Shown here piece by piece: positions 11,484 to 20,823 of a stretch of 64,000 nucleotides of DNA (positions are counted from its first letter, which is position 1; the number at the start of each line of letters is the position of its first letter). This DNA is from an uncultured delta proteobacterium. GTDB taxonomy: Bacteria; Myxococcota_A; Polyangia; Polyangiales; Polyangiaceae. Location of the stretch: positions 1,632,001 through 1,696,000 of the forward strand of contig CAWDXG010000001.1 of NCBI GenBank assembly GCA_963806225.1. The letters are read 5' to 3'. The notes beneath the pieces are model-generated. The model had not been told where the DNA came from. It was given only the letters and a program-made list of their open reading frames with translations, and searched no databases. The position numbers were made by a program, and so were the translations under genes.

Positions 11484-13250
11484 ATGTCAGTCCCCGGAGC
11501 AACAGCGCAGGTCCCCGACAGCCCGCAACCCCGGCGTAGCCGCCGCCGGATCGTCGCGGCGTTCATCCTGGCGCTGGCCTCGGCCGTAGTGGTGGCCGGC
11601 TGCGCTGCAGGCCCCGAACCGTACATGGACGAGCCAGTGGGCGTCGCCACCGAGCCGATCACCGGTTCCGATGCTGTCAGCCGCGCCATGCAGTGGGTCC
11701 ACGCCAAGCTCCTATACTGCCAGTCGCCGAACCACATGCCCGACTACGACTCGGCATGCTCGTCGACCTGCAACCGCCACAACAACAAGTCCTGGGACCC
11801 GTATCGCTCGGATTGCTCGGGCCTGATCTCGTGGTCCTGGAAGCTGCCGCCGCCCGGCTACACGACGCTGGGCTTCGCGCCCTTCAGCAGCGCGATCTCG
11901 CACACCATCTCGGCCATCGATCTGCAGCCGGGGGATGCGGTCAACAATTCCGGGCACGTGATGCTGTTCAAGCACTGGGTGACGAAGGGCAAGCGCGCGG
12001 TGTTCATCGAGGAACCGGGCTGCTCGGTGTATCCGAACTACGCCCACCAGTTCACGGCGGATGTCACTATCAAGCCGGCGCACGAATGGTGTTCGCATTC
12101 CTCCGCTTGCATCCACGTTTCGGGTAGCGAGACGTTCGACGCCATCCGCTACAACAAGAAGACGGCCGAGAAGACGGACAAGGCGAAGGCGGTCCGCAAG
12201 TGGAGCAACGCGCGTCGCTACCACGGCAAGCAGGCGGACTATCTGGCGTGCACGGGTGACCAGGTGAGGTTTGCGTTCACGTTCAAGAACGTGGGCACAG
12301 CGACCTGGCGCGACGTGAAGGGGCGCGGCAAGAGTGTAGGCAGCGACGTGTTTCTGGTCACCACGAACGGCAAGAAGGACCCGCTCACGCACCACAAGCG
12401 CTACAGCATCCGCTGGAACAAGAACCACCACGTGCGTGGCGACCGCAAGGCGCCGAACTGCAGCAACAAGAACGGCTGCCGCAAGACGACGTTCATCCGC
12501 CACGGCATGCTGGGCCGGGCGCCGAAGAAGCCGGGCATCTACCGCTCTCGCTGGCGCCTGCGCGACTACAGCAAGGCGTGGGGCAAGCACTCGAACGGTT
12601 TCGGCCCGAAGGTGCAGATCAAGCTCAAGGTCATCAAGTGCGAGCAGGCAACGTGCGGCTGCCAGGTCTGGTGCAGCGACGGCAAGAGCCACAGGCTGTC
12701 GTCGAGCATCCAGAGCGACGCACAGTGCAAGACGGCGGCGGCCAACTACTGCCGTCCCGGGCAGGGCCAGGGCTCGCTCTACCTGTACAGCTACCAGGTC
12801 TGCCAGGTCGCGGGCAACGCGCCTCAGGGCGGGGCCGGAGGATCCACCAGCACGGCGTCGGACAGCAGCGGCGGCGCCAGCGCGTCGTCGAGCGGCGGAG
12901 CGGGCGGTTCGTCCGGCGGCGGCGCTGCGACCCCCTACGGCGGCAGCGCGGGTGCCGGCGGTGCCGGAAGCAGCGCTGACCCGTGGGACGTGGGCGGCCC
13001 GGACGACGCGAACAGCATTCCGATCGTCGACAACGGCGACGACTCGGCGGTGCAGGACGACCCCGGCTTCAGCGACGACGGCTTCAACGGCGATGCCGAC
13101 TCCACCGGCGACGTGCCTCCTCCGGGTTGCTCCGTCGGCGCCGTGGGCGGGCACCGCGGCACGCCGCCCGCAGCCGGTGCGTTGCTGCTCCTGGCCGCGA
13201 TGGCCGAGACCCGCCGGCGGTCGCGCCGCCGGCGCGCGAAGGCGGAGTGA
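11484..13250 (+). CDS. Lipoprotein with NlpC/P60-like Cys peptidase head, NBR1-Ig-like domain and MYXO-CTERM-like tail
   Basis: Lipobox VAGC; YRSDCSGLISWSW, LQPGDAV, GHVMLF (Cys-His dyad); shared cassette; GCSV tail with RRRR. Confidence 0.85.
   Translation: MSVPGATAQVPDSPQPRRSRRRIVAAFILALASAVVVAGCAAGPEPYMDEPVGVATEPITGSDAVSRAMQWVHAKLLYCQSPNHMPDYDSACSSTCNRHNNKSWDPYRSDCSGLISWSWKLPPPGYTTLGFAPFSSAISHTISAIDLQPGDAVNNSGHVMLFKHWVTKGKRAVFIEEPGCSVYPNYAHQFTADVTIKPAHEWCSHSSACIHVSGSETFDAIRYNKKTAEKTDKAKAVRKWSNARRYHGKQADYLACTGDQVRFAFTFKNVGTATWRDVKGRGKSVGSDVFLVTTNGKKDPLTHHKRYSIRWNKNHHVRGDRKAPNCSNKNGCRKTTFIRHGMLGRAPKKPGIYRSRWRLRDYSKAWGKHSNGFGPKVQIKLKVIKCEQATCGCQVWCSDGKSHRLSSSIQSDAQCKTAAANYCRPGQGQGSLYLYSYQVCQVAGNAPQGGAGGSTSTASDSSGGASASSSGGAGGSSGGGAATPYGGSAGAGGAGSSADPWDVGGPDDANSIPIVDNGDDSAVQDDPGFSDDGFNGDADSTGDVPPPGCSVGAVGGHRGTPPAAGALLLLAAMAETRRRSRRRRAKAE
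12201..12809 (+). repeat. Shared domain cassette, copy 3 of 4
   Basis: Same DNA and protein block as 8396-9010. Confidence 0.95.
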
Positions 13251-13254
13251 CGCA

Positions 13255-14355
13255 CTACCTCGGGGTGAGCTTCATGATCGTGCCGTCGTTCGAGTTCGCC
13301 CAGTACACGCTGGTGGCGTCGACTGCGATGCCCGTCGGGTGGTCCACACCCGAGACGAGGGTGGTGACTGCTCCACCGGAGATCGAGACCTTCATCACGG
13401 TGCCTCCCGCCTGATCCGTCCAGTAGACCTGCGTGGCGCCGACGGCGATGTTCACGGGCTCGTCCTGCTTCGACGCGATGGTACTGGGCGCGCCTCCCGT
13501 GAAGTCGGCTCGCATCACCGTCCCCGAGCCGCCGTTCACCCAGAAGACGGCGGTATCTCCGACAGCGATGTCGAGCGGCTGGTCCTGCGCCGAGGCGAGC
13601 ACGGAAGGCAGCTCTCCTGTGCCGACTCCGGCGGTCGAGATACCCATCACGCCGCCGCCGTTCGTCACCTTGGGATCGAGCGTGCCGTGGTTCGTCCAGT
13701 AGACATCCGTGTCGTTGACGCCGACATAGATGGGTTGGTCCTGTCCCGACTGGACAGTCGTCGGCGAGCCGCCAGTGGCTGGCAGCCTCATCACCGTGCC
13801 ATCGCCGTAGTTCGTCCAGTAGACCATGCTGTTGCGGACGGCGATCCCGTCGGGCTGCTTCTGTGCCGACGCGAGCGTAGTGGGCGACCCACCGGCAATC
13901 GGGATCTTCATCACGGTGCCCGCGGCCTGATCGGTCCAGTACGCGTTGTCCGCGTCCAGCGCGATGTCGAACGGCTGGCCCAATCCCGACGCGAGCGTGG
14001 TGGGCGCCCCCCCGTCGATCGGCATGCTGACGACGCTGCCGGGCGGTGCGAAGTTGGTCCAGTAGACGCGGCTGCCCCGAACAGCCACGTTGAGCGGTCG
14101 GTTCTGTCCGGAGGCGAGGGTCACGACGCAGCGGCCTCCGGTGCAGGTTCCGCTGCAGCAGAGCCCGCCGCACATGGGCTCGCCGCCGTCGCACGTGCAG
14201 GAAGCGACCTCGCAGGTCGTGCTGTCCGCGACGGCATCTGCGCTCGCGTCGCGATCGGCCCCGACGTGGAAGCCGTCACCGAGCAGGCTTGTACACCCCG
14301 ACAGCGCGAGCGTCACGGCGGCGACGAGCAGCGTACCCGCGCGGCGTCCGGCCAT
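13255..14355 (-). CDS. Lipoprotein with short Cys-rich segment and YWTD-like beta-propeller
   Basis: MAGRRAGTLLVAAVTLALSGC lipobox; about six repeats of LASxQxxPxxIAVxxxxVYWT; start overlaps the upstream stop (TGATG). Confidence 0.85.
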   Translation of the reverse strand: MAGRRAGTLLVAAVTLALSGCTSLLGDGFHVGADRDASADAVADSTTCEVASCTCDGGEPMCGGLCCSGTCTGGRCVVTLASGQNRPLNVAVRGSRVYWTNFAPPGSVVSMPIDGGAPTTLASGLGQPFDIALDADNAYWTDQAAGTVMKIPIAGGSPTTLASAQKQPDGIAVRNSMVYWTNYGDGTVMRLPATGGSPTTVQSGQDQPIYVGVNDTDVYWTNHGTLDPKVTNGGGVMGISTAGVGTGELPSVLASAQDQPLDIAVGDTAVFWVNGGSGTVMRADFTGGAPSTIASKQDEPVNIAVGATQVYWTDQAGGTVMKVSISGGAVTTLVSGVDHPTGIAVDATSVYWANSNDGTIMKLTPR

Positions 14356-15351
14356 CAGAAGCGGCCTTTCGCGCCCAGCGTGCCCAGGCCGACGCAGGGT
14401 GCGACGTAGCCAGTGTCCGTCTTCTCCGGGGTGGTCAGGAGCAGCGCCATTCCTGCCCCGTATCCAACCGCAGCGACGATGAAACCGGCGGTCGAGATCG
14501 TGCCCGCGGTGCGATACGAGTCGAGCCGGGAGCTCTGGTCGGGTGGGCACGTGCCGCCCGGGCACGCCTTCCCGAGCTGGGCATGCTTGCTGATCGCCAC
14601 TGCGCCTTCGATGCTGCCGACGATCAGAGCTGCGGTGCCCACGCCGAGGGCGGTGAAGCCCGCTGTTCTGTGCCAGGCGCTCCGCTTTCCGCTGCCGGAC
14701 ACGACGGCGCGCGTCGGCGCGAGCGTCACGCTCCGGGCCTGACCTTCGGCAATGCTGAATCTGGAATCGAGGGGCTCGTAGCCCGCCGAACGTCACGTGG
14801 ACGAGATGCACGCCCGGGTCGACCGCACGTCGCACGCCGAGCTCGGGCCCCGGCAACCGGGTGCCGTCGATCGTGACTGTCGGATCGCGCGGTCCCACGA
14901 CCTTGATCGTGGCCCAGCAGAGGCGCGGCGCGAGTACGGCGACCTCCTTCTTCGCGTCTTCGAGGGCCTGCCTGAACACCGGAGGCGAGCCGGGCGCTAC
15001 GCCCGTCCGGATGATCCGCTGGTAGGTCTCCTGCGCCTCGACCAACTTGCCGAGGCCGACCTCGGCCCGGGCGATGCGCAGAGCCAGGGTAGGGGCCGGG
15101 ACCAGCTCGTTGGCCCGGGTAAAGCGGTCGAGCGCGCCCTGGTAGTCCTTGCGATCGAGCGCGCGCTGTCCCGCGTAGGCCAGCGCACGGGCCGTCGCGC
15201 GGTCCGCCGCGCCCGGTTGCCGGGCGGAGGCCACCGGCGCGACGCCGAGAACCGCCGCCAGGAGCGCGACGAGCGCCGGGACCTGCGGCCCGCGGGGCCT
15301 CGCAGTCACACGGCGCGGCCTGCCGCGCAGAGTCAGCGCATCCGTCGACAT
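14355..15351 (-). CDS. Exported TPR + PEGA-like protein ending GRF; frameshift near 14770
   Basis: Signal peptide ASA, TPR-like ARAL...DYQGALDRFTRANELVPAP, VTIDG...VDPGVHLV; C-terminal half in ORF 14355-14729 ends GLGTLGAKGRF. Confidence 0.75.
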
Positions 15352-15414
15352 CCCTCATGACCCTATCACCGCTTTGTAGGTTGCCGGGCGGTCCGCGGCA
15401 TCCCGCGGGCGGTT

Positions 15415-17049
15415 CTAGATGCCGAAGTCGGGCATGCCGCCGGGTCGCTTGACTTTCGGTCGAGGCCTCGGCCTGGGCGCGACGTGGGGGCGCACGCTGC
15501 TCGGTCGCGCTTGCGGCACAGCACCCTCGCCGTCGGTGGCTGTCGGACTGGCGGGCGCTGGCGCAGCGCTGGCGGTCGCGCTGGAGCGGATCGGTGGAGG
15601 ACCGCCCTTCCGCGACATCGACTCCACTGGCGCAGCGGGGGCGCTCGGCGCGGGAGCAAGCCCCGACGCACCTGACGCCGTTGCAGGTGCCTCTCGGCCG
15701 TTCTGCAGCAGCACCACCAGCAGCACGACCAGCGCGGCGATCACAAGCGCGCTGGCTATCGCAACGCGGCTCGCGAGCGCACCGCGCCGAGGAGAGGCTT
15801 CAGGCGGGACGACACCGGTCCGTGCAGGTTCGTAGGATGCCGGCGTTCCCGGCTGGATGGTCGCCGAGAGCGTGCCGTCGCCCACCGGCGCGTGGAACGT
15901 GGCCGACGCCGTCTGATCGCCCACCGGCGCGTGGAACGTGGCCGACGCCGTCTGATCGCCCACCGGCGCGTGGAACGTGGCCGACGCCTTGCGAGCGCTC
16001 GCAGGCGGCGCGGGTCGCTCTGTAGCCGTCCGTCCCGGGGGAGCGGCCGGGGACTCGATGGCAGCCAGCATCGCTGCCCGCTCGGACAGCGTGGTGGCGG
16101 CCATCGCCGTCACCCACTCGCCGACCTCCAGCGACGAGGCCATCCCACCGAGGTCGTCGATCGCCTCCGCCATCTCGAGCGCGGTCGAGAACCGCTTGCG
16201 GGGATCTCTCGCCAGACCCCGCATCACGAGCCGCTCCAGCTGCTTCGGCACGCCTGGTTCGATGCGGCTCGGGAGCGGCACCTGGCCTTCAAGAATCTGC
16301 CGGGCCATCTCGGTGTCGTCACCGCTGAAGAGCCGGGCCCCCGTCAGCGCTTCCCACAGCACGACGGACGCGCCGTACACGTCGGTACGCGGGGTGACCT
16401 CGCCGCCGCCGAGTTGCTCCGGCGCGATGTATCCGAACTTGCCCTTGACGTGGCCGACCTGCGTGCGCGCGAGCCGGCCGACTGCTTTGGCGATGCCGAA
16501 GTCGAGCACGCGCGGACTGCCGTCGACTCCGACCAGGATGTTCTGGGGCGACACGTCACGGTGGACCACATGCAAAGGCTCGCCCGTCTCACTCCGGGCT
16601 TCGTGCGCTGCGTGCAGTCCCTGCAGCGTGCCGTACATCACGGCCATCACGATCTCGCGCGGCGCGAGCGCGCCCCGCGTCGATACTTCCCACAGCAGCT
16701 TCGCCAGCGAGTCTCCCTCCACGTAGTCCATGACCAGGAACAGCTCGTTGCCGTCCTGAACAACGTCGAGAAGCGAGACGACGTTGGGGTGCCGGATGCG
16801 CGCGGCGATCCGGGCCTCGTCACGGAACATCGCGAGGAACTCCGGGTCGTCACCGAAATGGGGCAGGAGCCGCTTGATGGCTACGATGCGCGCGAACCCG
16901 ATCGCCCCGACCAGCTGGGCGAGGTGCACCCTGGCCATGCCCCCGGCGGCAATCTCGTTGAAGAGCAGGTATCGGCCGACCTTCCGCGGACCCTCCGCCG
17001 GAGTCACTCCGGCCGGTCCACCAGGGCGTCTCGAGTTCTGCCGGCTCAT
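15415..17049 (-). CDS. Membrane Ser/Thr protein kinase
   Basis: IAAGGMARV, AIK, HRDVSPQN, DFG, GKFGYIAPE; TM helix; Pro/Ala-rich tail ending MPDFGI. Confidence 0.93.
   Translation of the reverse strand: MSRQNSRRPGGPAGVTPAEGPRKVGRYLLFNEIAAGGMARVHLAQLVGAIGFARIVAIKRLLPHFGDDPEFLAMFRDEARIAARIRHPNVVSLLDVVQDGNELFLVMDYVEGDSLAKLLWEVSTRGALAPREIVMAVMYGTLQGLHAAHEARSETGEPLHVVHRDVSPQNILVGVDGSPRVLDFGIAKAVGRLARTQVGHVKGKFGYIAPEQLGGGEVTPRTDVYGASVVLWEALTGARLFSGDDTEMARQILEGQVPLPSRIEPGVPKQLERLVMRGLARDPRKRFSTALEMAEAIDDLGGMASSLEVGEWVTAMAATTLSERAAMLAAIESPAAPPGRTATERPAPPASARKASATFHAPVGDQTASATFHAPVGDQTASATFHAPVGDGTLSATIQPGTPASYEPARTGVVPPEASPRRGALASRVAIASALVIAALVVLLVVLLQNGREAPATASGASGLAPAPSAPAAPVESMSRKGGPPPIRSSATASAAPAPASPTATDGEGAVPQARPSSVRPHVAPRPRPRPKVKRPGGMPDFGI
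15878..15988. repeat. 39-bp tandem repeat x2.8 encoding ASATFHAPVGDQT in the kinase juxtamembrane linker
   Basis: Exact unit tcgcccaccggcgcgtggaacgtggccgacgccgtctga at 15878 and 15917, partial at 15956. Confidence 0.95.
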
Positions 17050-17103
17050 CGAACTCCATCAAGGATGACACGAGGTTGCCAGCGGTGAACACCGAGCGCC
17101 CCG

Positions 17104-17127
17104 CCTGTGCGTGACATGTCCTGACAG
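17104..17127. promoter_or_regulatory. Candidate enhancer (UAS) copy 3
   Basis: TGTGCGTGACA-TGTCCTGACA tandem sites. Confidence 0.65.
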
Positions 17128-17232
17128 GTCGATCGATGAAAACATCAAGAAAGCCGCCGGGATGGCGCGCGCCGGGTGTTTTCGCGAGCCTCCTTTCGGC
17201 GTAGACTGTGGCTGTAGTCTGCGGCGTGAGGA

Positions 17233-17248
17233 AGGCACGGCTCCTGCA
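17233..17248 (+). promoter_or_regulatory. sigma54 -24/-12 promoter
   Basis: AGGCACGGCTCCTGCA (GG-N10-GC), GAGG RBS, ATG at 17268. Confidence 0.7.
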
Positions 17249-17267
17249 TCGTGGGCGCTGAGGTTTC

Positions 17268-18527
17268 ATGGTCTTTGTTCGTGCGAGAACCCATCTACCC
17301 ACGAGGCACACCAGGGTCCCGCTGCTGCTCCTGGGCGGTGCGCTCGCCGGCGTGCTCTGCGCGGGCTGCGGGGCGCCCCCGGGCGGCGGCGCGGACGACA
17401 GCATTGGCGTCCAGAGCCAGCCGGCCACGAGCAGCGACAGTACCGTCCATTCGCGGGCGGTCAGGAAGTGGAGCAACGCAGTCAAGTATCACGGGAAGCA
17501 GAAGGCGGACTATCTCGCCTGCGCGGGCGACAGGTTGAGGTTGGCGTTCACCTTCGAGAACCTCGGCAGCGCGCTGTGGCGTGACGTGAACGGTCGCGGC
17601 GACTCCGTGGGAAGCGACGTGTTCCTCGTGACCGCCAGCGGCAAGACGGATCGGATCACGGGGCACAAGCACTACAGCATCAGGTACAACCGGAACCATC
17701 GCGTGCGCGGCGATCGCAACGCGAAGAACTGCAGCAAGCAGGACGGCTGCCGCAGGACCACGTTCACGAAGGGGGGGATGGTGGGCCAGGCGCCCTGGAA
17801 CCCGGGCACGTACCACTCCCGCTGGCGCCTGCGCGACTACAGCTCGCACTGGGGCACGCACTCCGAGGGGTTCGGCCACAAGGTGGACATCAGCTTCGAG
17901 GTCGTCGACTGCTCGGAGTGCGGCTGCAGCGTGGCGTGCAGCAGCGGTGGAGACGGCAAGAGCCACGTCGTGCCCGACATCCAGACCGACGCCCAGTGCC
18001 AGGCGGCGGCTGCGGCCTACTGCGTCAAGGGCAACGGCTCGCTGTTCGTCTACAACTTCAAGTTGTGCCCACCGCACACACAGCCCGGGAGCGACGGCCC
18101 CATCGGTACCGAGCCTCCGGGCGGCAGCGGGGGATCCAGCAGCGGGAGCGGCGGCAGCGGCTACGGCGGCAGCGGCTACGGCGGCAGCGGCTACGGCGGC
18201 AGCGGCTACGGCGGCAGTGGCTACGGCGGCAGCGGCGCGGGCGGCGCGGGCGGCGCGGGTTACGAGCCGGGCAGCGACGAAGATCCGAACGGATACGACA
18301 TCATCGACGACGGCAACGATTCGCAGGTGCAGGACGACCCCGGTTTCAGTGACGATGGGTTCAACGGCGACGCTGATTTCTCGCGCGGAAGCACCGTTGC
18401 TGCCACGGGCTGCGCCGTCGCTGGACCGCAGCGCGGTGACACGTCGCCCGGCGCCGGGCTCTTCTTGTTGCTGACGCTGGTGGAGATCCGGCGCCGCGCG
18501 GGGCGGCAGCCGGCGGAGCGTGGATGA
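17268..18527 (+). CDS. Lipoprotein with NBR1-Ig-like cassette and MYXO-CTERM-like tail but no catalytic head
   Basis: Lipobox CAGC followed within ~30 aa by RAVRKWSNAVKYHGK; acidic tract; GCAV tail. Confidence 0.85.
   Translation: MVFVRARTHLPTRHTRVPLLLLGGALAGVLCAGCGAPPGGGADDSIGVQSQPATSSDSTVHSRAVRKWSNAVKYHGKQKADYLACAGDRLRLAFTFENLGSALWRDVNGRGDSVGSDVFLVTASGKTDRITGHKHYSIRYNRNHRVRGDRNAKNCSKQDGCRRTTFTKGGMVGQAPWNPGTYHSRWRLRDYSSHWGTHSEGFGHKVDISFEVVDCSECGCSVACSSGGDGKSHVVPDIQTDAQCQAAAAAYCVKGNGSLFVYNFKLCPPHTQPGSDGPIGTEPPGGSGGSSSGSGGSGYGGSGYGGSGYGGSGYGGSGYGGSGAGGAGGAGYEPGSDEDPNGYDIIDDGNDSQVQDDPGFSDDGFNGDADFSRGSTVAATGCAVAGPQRGDTSPGAGLFLLLTLVEIRRRAGRQPAERG
17469..18068 (+). repeat. Shared domain cassette, copy 4 of 4 (most diverged)
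   Basis: WSNAVKYHGK...FENLGSALW...APWNPGTYHSRWRLRDYS...GFGHKV. Confidence 0.9.
18150..18224. repeat. 15-bp tandem repeat x5 (GGSGY linker)
   Basis: ggcggcagyggctac x5. Confidence 0.95.
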
Positions 18528-18573
18528 TGCCGGCCGTTCTGGAGTGCGCCTCGGGTCTGGAGTGGAGGTTGTA

Positions 18574-19158
18574 ATGCGGATGGGTCTGTCGATGCGTGTT
18601 GTGGTGCTGTTCGCCTGTGTGGCTGCTGCAGGATGCGGGAGCGGGAAAGCCGCGGCGGACGACGGCGGCAGCAGCAACGACGGCGGGCTGCCGATCGATG
18701 ACGCCGCCTGGGAGGAGCCCCCGCCGTCGCCGGGCACCTGCCACCGGATGTGCTGCAGCGACAGTGACTGCAACCTGGGCGAGACTTGCGTCGCGTTCGA
18801 CTCGACTACCGGCACGCTGGGCGTGTGCATCGGCCCCGGCACGCAGAGCGACAGCGGCACGCAGAGCGACAGCGGCACGCAGAGCGACAGCGGCGCGCAG
18901 AGCGACGCCGGCGCGCCGCCGCCCATCGACGCTGGCAGCTTCGACCAGGCGTGCTGGTCGCTCAAGGCGACGTGCAATCCGCTCGACGAGAACAGCTGCG
19001 CCGCGGGCGCGGCCTGCGACGTGAGCGGGCTAGGCCCAGGCAGCCAGGGAGAAGTGGACTGCGCCTACGGCCAGAACGTCCAGGGCGCGCTCCAGACCTG
19101 CGACGGCACCGGCGGGCCGTTCTGCATACCCGGTTACCACTGCGTGCCGGACAACTGA
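18574..19158 (+). CDS. Small Cys-rich lipoprotein; contains an 18-bp TQSDSG repeat x4 at 18841-18912
   Basis: GGAGG RBS at 18564, lipobox AAGC, many Cys (CHRMCCSDSDC, CNP..C..C, FCIPGYHC). Confidence 0.75.
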   Translation: MRMGLSMRVVVLFACVAAAGCGSGKAAADDGGSSNDGGLPIDDAAWEEPPPSPGTCHRMCCSDSDCNLGETCVAFDSTTGTLGVCIGPGTQSDSGTQSDSGTQSDSGAQSDAGAPPPIDAGSFDQACWSLKATCNPLDENSCAAGAACDVSGLGPGSQGEVDCAYGQNVQGALQTCDGTGGPFCIPGYHCVPDN

Positions 19159-19346
19159 CCGGGCAGGCCCGAGGGCCCGGGGACGCCGCCAGACTGCTGC
19201 AGCGCTGTGGCGCCGCGATCCTGCTGGAACTCGCCTGATTCCAGGCTACTATCCCCGGTGCTCTGGCGCTCTGAAGACAGGCGCTCTAGCCTTACCGCGT
19301 GTTGTGCCGGGTCCCCGTCCGGCAGGCCGTCGCTTTGTCGAACTGG

Positions 19347-20785
<1,439 letters not shown>

Positions 20786-20823
20786 CCCGCCGCGCCGGTT
20801 TGTGGGCAAGATGACCGGCAGTC

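Noticed and set aside
13255..15351. 698-aa ORF fusing TPR/PEGA and propeller domains
   Set aside because: The true TPR-protein C-terminus is in ORF 14355-14729 and the lipoprotein has its own start and lipobox at 14355, so this is an indel artefact.
15878..18912. Short tandem repeats (39, 15 and 18 bp) as a CRISPR array
   Set aside because: No spacers, unit lengths are multiples of three inside coding linkers, and no cas genes are present.
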